NCBI GenBank assembly: GCA_016839815.1
Contig: JAEOTM010000079.1
Location: 1-55,361 of the forward strand
Direction of reading: 5' to 3'
Source of the DNA: Candidatus Hodarchaeota archaeon
Lineage (GTDB): Archaea; Asgardarchaeota; Heimdallarchaeia; Hodarchaeales; Hodarchaeaceae
DNA length: 55,361 nucleotides
How positions within the stretch are numbered: the first letter of the stretch is position 1; the number at the start of each line of letters is the position of its first letter. The notes beneath the pieces are model-generated. The model had not been told where the DNA came from and made no database searches. It was given only the letters and a program-made list of their open reading frames with translations. Positions 10,235 to 18,146 of the stretch are shown here, piece after piece. A program made the position numbers and the translations under genes.

Positions 10235-10537
10235 ATGGAACCACTTAACGAAGATCAATTAAAAGTAGTAAGCTCTTTAAAAGAGAAATCCTCTTATATT
10301 TCCGATGCCGACAATGGATTTAAAGGACTTCCCTACAAAGAAATTGTGAAAGCAACCGATTTAACAGTAGAAAAAACTCTCCTCTCTCTCGGGGCGCTGG
10401 AAGCAAAACAACTTGTTAAACACACTTGCGCTGTGCAACGACAAATTGTTGATTATATGGGGAGCTCCAGTGTTGAAATTGCGGGACAGAAGGTAGTTCG
10501 TGTATTTTCATTAACATCTAAAGGTCTGAAGACATAA
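10235..10537 (+). CDS. Small winged-helix protein (paralog 1)
   Basis: LNEDQLKVV..GLPYKEIVKATDLTVEKTLLSLGALEAKQLV..FSLTSKG is a wHTH pattern; start ATG 10235 or GTG 10226. Confidence 0.7.
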   Translation: MEPLNEDQLKVVSSLKEKSSYISDADNGFKGLPYKEIVKATDLTVEKTLLSLGALEAKQLVKHTCAVQRQIVDYMGSSSVEIAGQKVVRVFSLTSKGLKT

Positions 10538-10542
10538 GAGAT

Positions 10543-10615
10543 AGGGGTGATAATTTAAATTATCTATACACCCCTTTTCTATTTCCATTTCTCTTTTTAA
10601 TATGTACTTTTTTTT
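10543..10615 (+). terminator. Hairpin plus T-rich tract after wHTH paralog 1
   Basis: AGGGGTG (10543-10549) / CACCCCT (10569-10575) inverted repeat around the palindrome GATAATTTAAATTATC, followed by T runs. Confidence 0.5.
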
Positions 10616-10824
10616 AATTTTGTGAAATATTTACCTTTATCTCTTCTTCACCAATTTTAAAGAAGTTTACCTAGTTTAACCATAAATCTCGCAGAATTTT
10701 AGAGTATTAGGATTCTTCAATACAGGGAGTACCACCCATTTCAGGAATACATACGAAATAATGTTAAGCAAAGGTTGATTCGCGTTATTCAGCCCATTCT
10801 GATAATAAATTAAGGTGTTTGAAC

Positions 10825-11175
10825 ATGATGGATATTAACGAATTAAATCAAGATCAAAGAAAAGTTATCTTAGCATTAGGCGATCCTGCAGAATTCTTTC
10901 GTGGGTTTCAATCAACCGCAGGGATTCGAGGAGTTCCCTATAAGAAAATTCAAGAAAAAAGTGGGTTAACTTTAGAAAAAGTTCTTCTGTCCTTAGGCTG
11001 GTTAGAAGCAACTAATTATGTTGATCACGACATGGCTGTCGTTAGAAAGACTTTAGATTACCTTGGTCAGACAAATATAGAGGTTACAGGACAATCAGTC
11101 CTTAGAATGTTTTACCTGACCGAAAAAGGCAAGGACGCTCTTTCAACCCTTAAAAAATCTGGAGTTGAACTATAG
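10825..11175 (+). CDS. Small winged-helix protein (paralog 2), adjacent to gap
   Basis: Paralog of 10235-10537; AGGTG SD-like motif upstream; its TAG stop is immediately followed by the GAPDH ATG. Confidence 0.75.
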   Translation: MMDINELNQDQRKVILALGDPAEFFRGFQSTAGIRGVPYKKIQEKSGLTLEKVLLSLGWLEATNYVDHDMAVVRKTLDYLGQTNIEVTGQSVLRMFYLTEKGKDALSTLKKSGVEL

Positions 11176-12273
11176 ATGGCAAAAACAAAGGCAAATGTTG
11201 GTGTTGTTGGTTATGGAGTAATCGGCAAACGAGTGGCAGATGCAGTAGCCACTCAATCTGATATGAGGCTCGTTGGAGTTGCCGATATTATTTCTGATGT
11301 TCGTTTACGAATTGCTGTTGAAAGAAAATATCCCATTTACTGTAGTGTACCAGACTTCGAACCGAAAATGCGCGAAGCTGGGTATGAAACGGTTGGTTAC
11401 CTAGACGATATGGTGAAACAATGTGATATAGTGGTCGATTGCACTCCCTCTGGTGTTCCACAACAGAATTTCCCCCTATATGATGACGAAAATGTGAAAT
11501 GCATCGTACAAGGAGGAGAAAAGCATGGATTAACCAATCGAAGCTTTAGCACCTTTGGAAATTACTATTCACATCTGGGGATTGATAAGACTCGAGTTGT
11601 CTCATGTAACACAACGGCTCTCACAAGGATCATTTCTACTTTAGCACAAGCTTACGGTGTTTCTGACGCATTCGTAGCTCTAGCCCGAAGAGCCAGTGAT
11701 CCAGCTCGTACAAACAGAGGCCCAATCAATGCAATTACACCTGTCCTCGGTGTTTCACATCATGGATCAGATTTAGTGACTGTAATGCCAAATTTCAAAG
11801 ATAAAGTCCATTCGTTAGCCATTGCAGGATCCTGGACTCTTTCTCATGTTCATATGCTCAGAGTCACTCTTGAGAGTAATCCTAGTAAAGACGATGTAGT
11901 AGCATTATTCAAACGTGCACCTCGAATTTTGATTGAACCTGGAAAACAAGGATTGTTTGACTCTGCTCAGCTCGTAGAATACTTCCGTGATTTAGGAAGA
12001 CCCAGATATGATCGCCCTGAAGTTTTCATTTGGCAAGAGACAATGAGTACCGATTCACGCAATAATCTATACTTGATTTATGATGTTCATATGGAGTCCA
12101 TTCCTATTCCTGAAAATGTGGATGTTATACGCGCTATGCTTGAAATGGAATCAAGTGCAGTCAAATCCGTTGAGAAAACGGATAAATCATTGAACATTGA
12201 CCAGAAAGGAGCTTATTCTCAGTCACTTTACGGTGAAGCTGAACCACAAGTAGCGCAAAGTGACACAGAATAG
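11176..12273 (+). CDS. gap: Glyceraldehyde-3-phosphate dehydrogenase, archaeal type II
   Basis: GYGVIGKRVADAV Rossmann motif, DCTP, QGGEK, catalytic VVSCNTT, SHHG, ESIPIPENVD. Confidence 0.95.
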   Translation: MAKTKANVGVVGYGVIGKRVADAVATQSDMRLVGVADIISDVRLRIAVERKYPIYCSVPDFEPKMREAGYETVGYLDDMVKQCDIVVDCTPSGVPQQNFPLYDDENVKCIVQGGEKHGLTNRSFSTFGNYYSHLGIDKTRVVSCNTTALTRIISTLAQAYGVSDAFVALARRASDPARTNRGPINAITPVLGVSHHGSDLVTVMPNFKDKVHSLAIAGSWTLSHVHMLRVTLESNPSKDDVVALFKRAPRILIEPGKQGLFDSAQLVEYFRDLGRPRYDRPEVFIWQETMSTDSRNNLYLIYDVHMESIPIPENVDVIRAMLEMESSAVKSVEKTDKSLNIDQKGAYSQSLYGEAEPQVAQSDTE

Positions 12274-12300
12274 GTTTTTTTTCTTCTTTTCTTTTTCATT
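12274..12300 (+). terminator. Oligo-T archaeal terminator after gap
   Basis: GTTTTTTTTCTTCTTTTCTTTTTC directly after the stop codon. Confidence 0.55.
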
Positions 12301-12469
12301 AATATCTAAAGTTTTTGAATTCTTAATTTTCTCTTCTAGCTTAGGAAAATAAAGAATTTTGACCATTCTCCCCTTGTTTATTTTTCTGTGAAAAGTTAGC
12401 TTTTTAAATTTCGTTAATCTTAGACAAGCAAACTAATTTTCTCTTCATTCGCTTTGTGAGGTTTTATGG

Positions 12470-13201
12470 ATGAAAGATATTCCTGAAATTAAATCTATTG
12501 CTGATAAATTGTTTGAGGACCATAATATCAATCAGGTTCTTATTGCCACTAGTGATGGGTCCCCTATTTATGGATTAGAACGAGGAAAAGAAGGGTTAGG
12601 AGAAGAATTATTTATTATACCTGCAGCCATCTCAAGTGCTCTTGCTATATCTCATGGATTTATGCAAGAAACTCTCAATGACCAAGTTTATGAGTATGTT
12701 GTATTTCAGGAAGATTCCATAATTCTTGCCTCTCGTGAAGGTGATACGGTCCTTATTATTACTTATAATCTTCCCAAAACTTCATTTGAAAAACGACCTC
12801 CAATTGACGATTTAATTTCTCTTTCAAGAGAAGCTGTCGCGAAGATTGGTGCTATTGTTAAGACGCTTGATATTGAAGATAGTTTGATCGAAAAACTACA
12901 AAGAGCGATTCCTGAAGCGAGTGCGATTTTGTTACTTTCATCTGCAGGTATCCCTCTTTCTGACCTTCTATCCAGTTTAGATGTGGATTCAGCTCAGTTA
13001 GCCGCAGTTTCTTCCGCTTTATCTCTTCCCACAAAAATTCTAGGAAAACAATGCCATAGTGTAGCCGTAACAGGAAAGAGTAATCTTATTCTCCTATATG
13101 CTTTAGACGCAGATAGAATCTTAATGGTATCATTGAAACCAAAACAAAGTGTAGAATCATACTTGACTCTAATTTCTCAAATTGTATCACATCGAGAATA
13201 A
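12470..13201 (+). CDS. Tandem roadblock/LC7 (MglB/LAMTOR-like) domain protein
   Basis: Two repeats of the roadblock pattern: VLIATSDGSPI..PAAISSAL and ILLLSSAGIPL..LAAVSSAL; GTGAGG SD upstream. Confidence 0.75.
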   Translation: MKDIPEIKSIADKLFEDHNINQVLIATSDGSPIYGLERGKEGLGEELFIIPAAISSALAISHGFMQETLNDQVYEYVVFQEDSIILASREGDTVLIITYNLPKTSFEKRPPIDDLISLSREAVAKIGAIVKTLDIEDSLIEKLQRAIPEASAILLLSSAGIPLSDLLSSLDVDSAQLAAVSSALSLPTKILGKQCHSVAVTGKSNLILLYALDADRILMVSLKPKQSVESYLTLISQIVSHRE

Positions 13202-13261
13202 TTACCTCATCTGATGCAGTTTGGGTCATGAATGATAGTATTAGAGAATTCACAAAAAGAC

Positions 13262-13318
13262 TATATAAATCTGGTAAAATTGACCAAAATCAATAACCCC
13301 TGAGAATTGTCAATTCTC
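13262..13318 (+). promoter_or_regulatory. TATA box plus 17-bp palindromic operator-like site
   Basis: TATATAAA at 13262-13269; GAGAATTG-T-CAATTCTC at 13302-13318. Confidence 0.5.
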
Positions 13319-13339
13319 TAAATTCTGTGAGGTTGTAAA

Positions 13340-14035
13340 ATGGATATCGCGCATGCCATAAAAGAAGCAAAGACTTTAATTGTTGAGAAAAAGGCAGAGG
13401 AAGCCACAGAGTTACTTACAAACGCTTTGGCTTTTATTCAATCTCCCGAGTACGAAACTGGAGAACAGGATGTAAAATTAGTACTCGAAGCTGCTATCCA
13501 AGAAAATCTAGGGGATGCTAAAATTATTGATCAAAAAGATCAGGAAGCATTAAGTCATTTATTAATGGCTTTAACCCAACTACAAACCCTGGAATCCATT
13601 TCAGAGCAATCAGCAATTGATCCTCTCTTTCGTGTTTATAGAAAGATGTCAGGAGCTTTCAATCGTCTAGGACAGCAATTTGAGGCAGAAAAATACCTCC
13701 GTAAAGCGGGGGATATCAAAGGATCCATATTAAAGAAGGAATTATATTCACGACTAAAAGCTGCAGGATACAAATTTCAAGAAGATGTTCGAGTAATTGA
13801 GACAGAAGCCACTCCTGTAGATATTATGGCCGAAAAAGGTGGTATGTTCAAGAAAAAACGTCTTGCTATTTGGTTCGCAATGGATGACTCCGAAGTAGAT
13901 ACTATCTCTTTCATCACACGGGGTTATGCGAAATACGCCAAATCCAGGTATATCCTCTTACTCATGGGCACCCCCACAATTATGGAAATTGAAGGGGTGA
14001 AAATAGTTAATTCTATTGATGATATCAAACTCTAG
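13340..14035 (+). CDS. TPR-like helical repeats fused to a degenerate restriction-endonuclease-like (Mrr/PD-(D/E)xK) domain
   Basis: ENLGDA..EALSHLLMAL and RLGQQFEAEKYLRKA TPR-like helices; LKAAGYKF..VDIMAEK..LAIWF. Confidence 0.55.
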   Translation: MDIAHAIKEAKTLIVEKKAEEATELLTNALAFIQSPEYETGEQDVKLVLEAAIQENLGDAKIIDQKDQEALSHLLMALTQLQTLESISEQSAIDPLFRVYRKMSGAFNRLGQQFEAEKYLRKAGDIKGSILKKELYSRLKAAGYKFQEDVRVIETEATPVDIMAEKGGMFKKKRLAIWFAMDDSEVDTISFITRGYAKYAKSRYILLLMGTPTIMEIEGVKIVNSIDDIKL

Positions 14036-14183
14036 ATTCAGTAGATATTTGGCCCCGATGGTCATCATATAGTACAGAAGATGGATTATATCTCTTCTCT
14101 AGTTGATCCGTTCTTCAAAAAATTAGCAGAAATACCACAAATGATGCTTGGAACGAAGCTAAACGGTCATTTCCAAGATATAA

Positions 14184-15002
14184 CTATTTTATTATTTTCT
14201 GTATACGTTTCCATAGAATAATTAAACTTAGTACCCCTAAAGTTATCACAGCGGAGATTATGCCAAGATCCAACCAGTTTACTGGAGGAGCAGAAGAAAG
14301 AGAACTACTAGGAGTAAGGTTAGTATAATATATCCGGGGAGAGGGATCTACATAAGGAGAATCATTGTACCCCCATTTTTCCCAAAATCCCAAGTAATCG
14401 TGTCTGGTGACATTGATAGAGTCAATCCATTTAATCCATTTATACCCATAAAATCGAGGACATACCAAACGCAAGGGAAATCCATGATCAGCAGGTAAAG
14501 TGACTTCGTTCATTTCATAAGCCAGAATGACGTCATCCCAAAATGCTTCTTCCACCTGAAGGCTAGTTGAATATCCATCCTTAGAAGTATCAGGAGTGCG
14601 AAAAACGATATCATAGGCTAAATTTAGGTTGATTTGAGCTAAGTTCAATATTTCAGATAACTTCACTCCCGTCCAGTTGGCTACCCCAGTCAATCCAAAG
14701 TAACCAAATTTAAAATTGATACAAGAAAGACGAACAATTTGAGAAGTGACTGGAAAACTCTTAATCTCAGCTAATGAGAGATTGAGAGGATTTAAGACAT
14801 CTCCGAATACTTTCAAGCGATAGATATCTGGATCAATTTCAAAAGGTTGTCTTTCAATGGAAACTTTGAAAAAATCGTCATTAGGGGTGATAATCGAATC
14901 TGTTATTACGATTGCTAAGCTGGATTGTTTTAAAGTAAATATACTCATAAATAATACGAATACTATGAATAACAGTTTAGGAGGATAGAAAGAATCATGC
15001 AT
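14184..15002 (-). CDS. Molybdopterin-dependent oxidoreductase (sulfite oxidase/MsrP family), exported and membrane-anchored
   Basis: Mo-ligand Cys in LSCI, WTGVKL, LAYEMN..HGFPLRL..YGYKWIKW, GFWE; N-terminal hydrophobic signal, Ser-rich linker, C-terminal TM. Confidence 0.88.
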   Translation of the reverse strand: MHDSFYPPKLLFIVFVLFMSIFTLKQSSLAIVITDSIITPNDDFFKVSIERQPFEIDPDIYRLKVFGDVLNPLNLSLAEIKSFPVTSQIVRLSCINFKFGYFGLTGVANWTGVKLSEILNLAQINLNLAYDIVFRTPDTSKDGYSTSLQVEEAFWDDVILAYEMNEVTLPADHGFPLRLVCPRFYGYKWIKWIDSINVTRHDYLGFWEKWGYNDSPYVDPSPRIYYTNLTPSSSLSSAPPVNWLDLGIISAVITLGVLSLIILWKRIQKIIK

Positions 15003-15178
15003 TATCGATGATTTGGGAAAGCGGATACATAAGGTTTTCTCTGGAAGTTTTTCACTAATCCAATTAGCTTTGATCCTCCAAATGATAAATTAGTGATATT
15101 GGTTCATCTAACAAGTTTTTCGAGTAAGTATCCTTAAGAAAAGGAAAATATTGAGTGATAAAGGAAAAAAGAGAATTT

Positions 15179-15739
15179 TTAGGGGGTTTGAGATTCCACA
15201 TAATCCAGATAGACATTTCCGAGCATATCAAAGGCTGCGGAAACATTCAAGCCTGATTTTGCGGAAGTAGGCATATATTTAACTAAAAAGCCTGCTTCTT
15301 TGGTCTTCTCAGAGACTTTTGCCGCAAATTCCTCCGCTTGTGCATCGGTTACATGATTGGGAAAAGATTCACGAAGGTCGACCTTATTGCCAAGTAAAAC
15401 AATTGGGATCTCACCCTTACCATTGTGTTTGTAGATTTCATCAATCCATGACTCAAGATTTGTAAACGTGTCTGGTCGTGTTACGTCAAAAACAAGCAAT
15501 GCACCTAAACAGCCGTAATAGTAGACACTTCGTACAGTCCCAAAACGGGGTTGGCCTGCTAAGTCCCAGATTTGGAATTTAATTGATTTTTCTCTAATGT
15601 TTGCCTCTTTAAGAGCAAAATCAGCTCCTATGGTCATCATGTAGTTACTAGAGAAGCCCTTTCCCAGGTATCTTTCTCTTAATGCTGTTTTTCCCACAGC
15701 GCCGTCGCCTGCGAGCACTATTTTCATTAGAAAGCTCAT
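15179..15739 (-). CDS. Rab-like small GTPase
   Basis: G1 GDGAVGKT, TIGADF, G3 WDLAGQ, YYYG, G4 GNKVD, G5 TSAK; no C-terminal Cys motif. Confidence 0.93.
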   Translation of the reverse strand: MSFLMKIVLAGDGAVGKTALRERYLGKGFSSNYMMTIGADFALKEANIREKSIKFQIWDLAGQPRFGTVRSVYYYGCLGALLVFDVTRPDTFTNLESWIDEIYKHNGKGEIPIVLLGNKVDLRESFPNHVTDAQAEEFAAKVSEKTKEAGFLVKYMPTSAKSGLNVSAAFDMLGNVYLDYVESQTP

Positions 15740-15953
15740 AACATTACCTCATTTTTGAATATCAATTGTTGGTGACTATACGTCGTCAGTAAATATTGTT
15801 GTTAGTATTTATCTAATAAAGTTTGCTTTAACTTTAACTTTACTTCTGAATTGAAAATATTTCTGGATCTTCACAATTTAAAGGTTTTCAATTATTGGGG
15901 AAACCTACAATTACCACACATAGTTTCCCATGAATAATGAATTCTGTCTGTTG

Positions 15954-16877
15954 TCAAATCTTCTTATGGCCACCTAAAGCGTCTTCTTCCCATGTTTCTA
16001 CCTGGATTTGATGCCAGCGAGTAGTAACACGTCCTTGACGGAGCGCGATTTGACTTGCCATCCATATCCATTTTTGAGTCAGCACGAGAATTCTCTCTAC
16101 TCCTAAGAATTCAAGTGGAGGAATACTCAAAACCTCATTGAGGATGGTACCAATAAGTTGTTCATCAATCCTATTTTCTTGGACAATTATCCATACTAAT
16201 CCCCCAGTTTTTTCATCAATACCAATCAAATCCACTGTACCAGCCACTGGAGGTGGAATAATGACGCTTAAATACACACATCCAAACATTCGGTAATTTA
16301 CCAAAGCTCGAATGATCAGATCTCCTTTCCGATTTTCTGATCGTGTGATAAGAGAGTTATGAATTGATTTGATGATCTGGGGTTTCTGGGAAAAGATTTC
16401 CCATAATAGTGCTTTTTTATCTCGAACCCAATCGGATGCTTTAGGAGGGAAATCGGAGTGAAAGAGAAGATCAAGTATTTGAGGAGTATCCAATAGTTCA
16501 TAACTGATTAAATCATTTACGAAATCCTTTGAAATAACTTCCCGCTGTGTAGAATAAAACCAGCTCCTCCTAATTTGATCCACAGGTCGAACAGTTGGAG
16601 ATAAACGAGAGAAATGAAACCCAAAAGCTAACCCAAGTTGATGTGCACGATCAACAGTAATTTCAGACATACTACTATTACATTTTGGGCATAAATATTC
16701 CGAGCTCAGCCTATCACGACCTAGTACGTCGTTACAAAGGTACTTTTCCTGACAATTTCGGCAGTAATAGATAATATCTTCTGCTTGGGTTTTCACATCC
16801 TTCTCACGGGAATGTTTACAGACATGACAAGGTCCATCGCAGACAACTTTTGATTCATATTCACTAGTTACTTCCAT
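15954..16877 (-). CDS. Cys-rich zinc-finger domain plus degenerate PD-(D/E)xK-like domain
   Basis: CDGPCHVC, CRNC, LC, CPKC; C-terminal GTVDLIGID..LVWIIVQ alpha/beta pattern. Confidence 0.5.
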   Translation of the reverse strand: MEVTSEYESKVVCDGPCHVCKHSREKDVKTQAEDIIYYCRNCQEKYLCNDVLGRDRLSSEYLCPKCNSSMSEITVDRAHQLGLAFGFHFSRLSPTVRPVDQIRRSWFYSTQREVISKDFVNDLISYELLDTPQILDLLFHSDFPPKASDWVRDKKALLWEIFSQKPQIIKSIHNSLITRSENRKGDLIIRALVNYRMFGCVYLSVIIPPPVAGTVDLIGIDEKTGGLVWIIVQENRIDEQLIGTILNEVLSIPPLEFLGVERILVLTQKWIWMASQIALRQGRVTTRWHQIQVETWEEDALGGHKKI

Positions 16878-17052
16878 GGCCTTTCTGACCTTAGTGTGTT
16901 AATTTTTGGACAAAGAAATTCTTTAGAGTCTAATTTATTCTAATTTATTCAATTGTTACCAAGAGTGTATAGCTAGTTCTTCAATTTTTTCATTTCATTT
17001 TCATTTTCGTAGTACTCTCACAGTCTCTTTTTTTGGGTGCTTATAAAGCTCA

Positions 17053-17679
17053 ATGAGAGTGAGGATATTGAAGATGAGAACGATGAAACATTCAAGCAAG
17101 GTTGTAGCAACTCGGTCGATTCGTGATTACTTAAATTTAGACTTAAATCCGTGGTTGGTGGAGTTCGATGTACTTGATTTTTCGGCATCATTATCCTCCC
17201 TTTTCGAACTCCCCCTTCCAGTTTACATGATACAAGCAAAGGAATTTTTCTGGAAATTCATAGCTTCTTTTTTCAGTACCTGTTCTATCGCTTTTATTCA
17301 AAGAATTCACCAAGATATGGTAGATTTAGCTCTACTTGGTCACTGGAACAATGAACAATTAGCTATTCCATTATGGATTATGAATGACACACTGATTGGA
17401 TTTGAAATTCTCTCATATAGAAATTACAGTGTAATAGATTCGTCATTATTGAAATTTAAACCCTCTTTCCATCAAACACACAATAAATCACATAAGAAGG
17501 ATCATTATGTTATGGATAACGAATTATTTAATGGAAATAGACTCTATTTGAAAATTATTAATAATTCACTTCTTATATCAGATTACAATCATATTGATGA
17601 CTTAGCATTTTTTGAGAGAATTGCGTCAACTATCATCCCAGAACTTGATAAGAATCTTCCTAACGATAGTATGGAATAG
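17053..17679 (+). CDS. Hypothetical protein (start uncertain)
   Basis: 208-codon ORF filling the space between flanking genes; no motif recognised. Confidence 0.55.
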   Translation: MRVRILKMRTMKHSSKVVATRSIRDYLNLDLNPWLVEFDVLDFSASLSSLFELPLPVYMIQAKEFFWKFIASFFSTCSIAFIQRIHQDMVDLALLGHWNNEQLAIPLWIMNDTLIGFEILSYRNYSVIDSSLLKFKPSFHQTHNKSHKKDHYVMDNELFNGNRLYLKIINNSLLISDYNHIDDLAFFERIASTIIPELDKNLPNDSME

Positions 17680-17703
17680 TGAAGATTCTCTTCTTCTTTT
17701 CTT

Positions 17704-17994
17704 TCAGCTTACAACTCCAATATCGACTTTTGATACTTTCCCAGACGTCATTGTATTTAATAGCTGTTCCATCTCTTGAGATTTGGTCTCCAATTGTTGA
17801 TAAACCACCTCTAAATACTCTACATCCTGAAAAAATACTTGTATTTCATAGGATGTCCCTCCAGTCTTTTTACGTATTTTCTTGATTTTTCTTGGTAGAT
17901 GATCGAACGGGCATATACTCATTAACGATTGGAGGAGAATTGTTCTTCCAACCCGATGTTCGAAGTCAAGTGTAAAAGTAATATATGGTTTCAT
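17704..17994 (-). CDS. Small hypothetical protein, possibly ACT/ferredoxin-like fold
   Basis: Apparent beta-alpha-beta-beta-alpha-beta periodicity (ITFTLDF..YEIQVFF..VSKVDI). Confidence 0.55.
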   Translation of the reverse strand: MKPYITFTLDFEHRVGRTILLQSLMSICPFDHLPRKIKKIRKKTGGTSYEIQVFFQDVEYLEVVYQQLETKSQEMEQLLNTMTSGKVSKVDIGVVS

Positions 17995-18146
17995 AAACTG
18001 AGTTTCCGGAATATCAGCAAGAGAACTCTTGTTCTACTCTTTTTTGGAATAATACACAAAAAATGTTTCCAAATTCATTCTTGGGGAAATTTTTAATTAT
18101 TTCTTTAGAATCAAGACGAAAACGTCGCACTCATGGAGTTTACACA

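Noticed and set aside
10226-11175. wHTH pair as ESCRT-II (Vps22/25/36) subunits
   Set aside because: Single wHTH each, no recognisable ESCRT-II motifs, and no ESCRT-III or Vps4 nearby
14036-14183. Possible RNA gene or gene remnant between convergent genes
   Set aside because: No convincing stem pattern or recognisable translated motif
16930-17010. Short tandem repeats CTAATTTATT x2 and TTTCAT repeats
   Set aside because: Too short and AT-rich to distinguish from background
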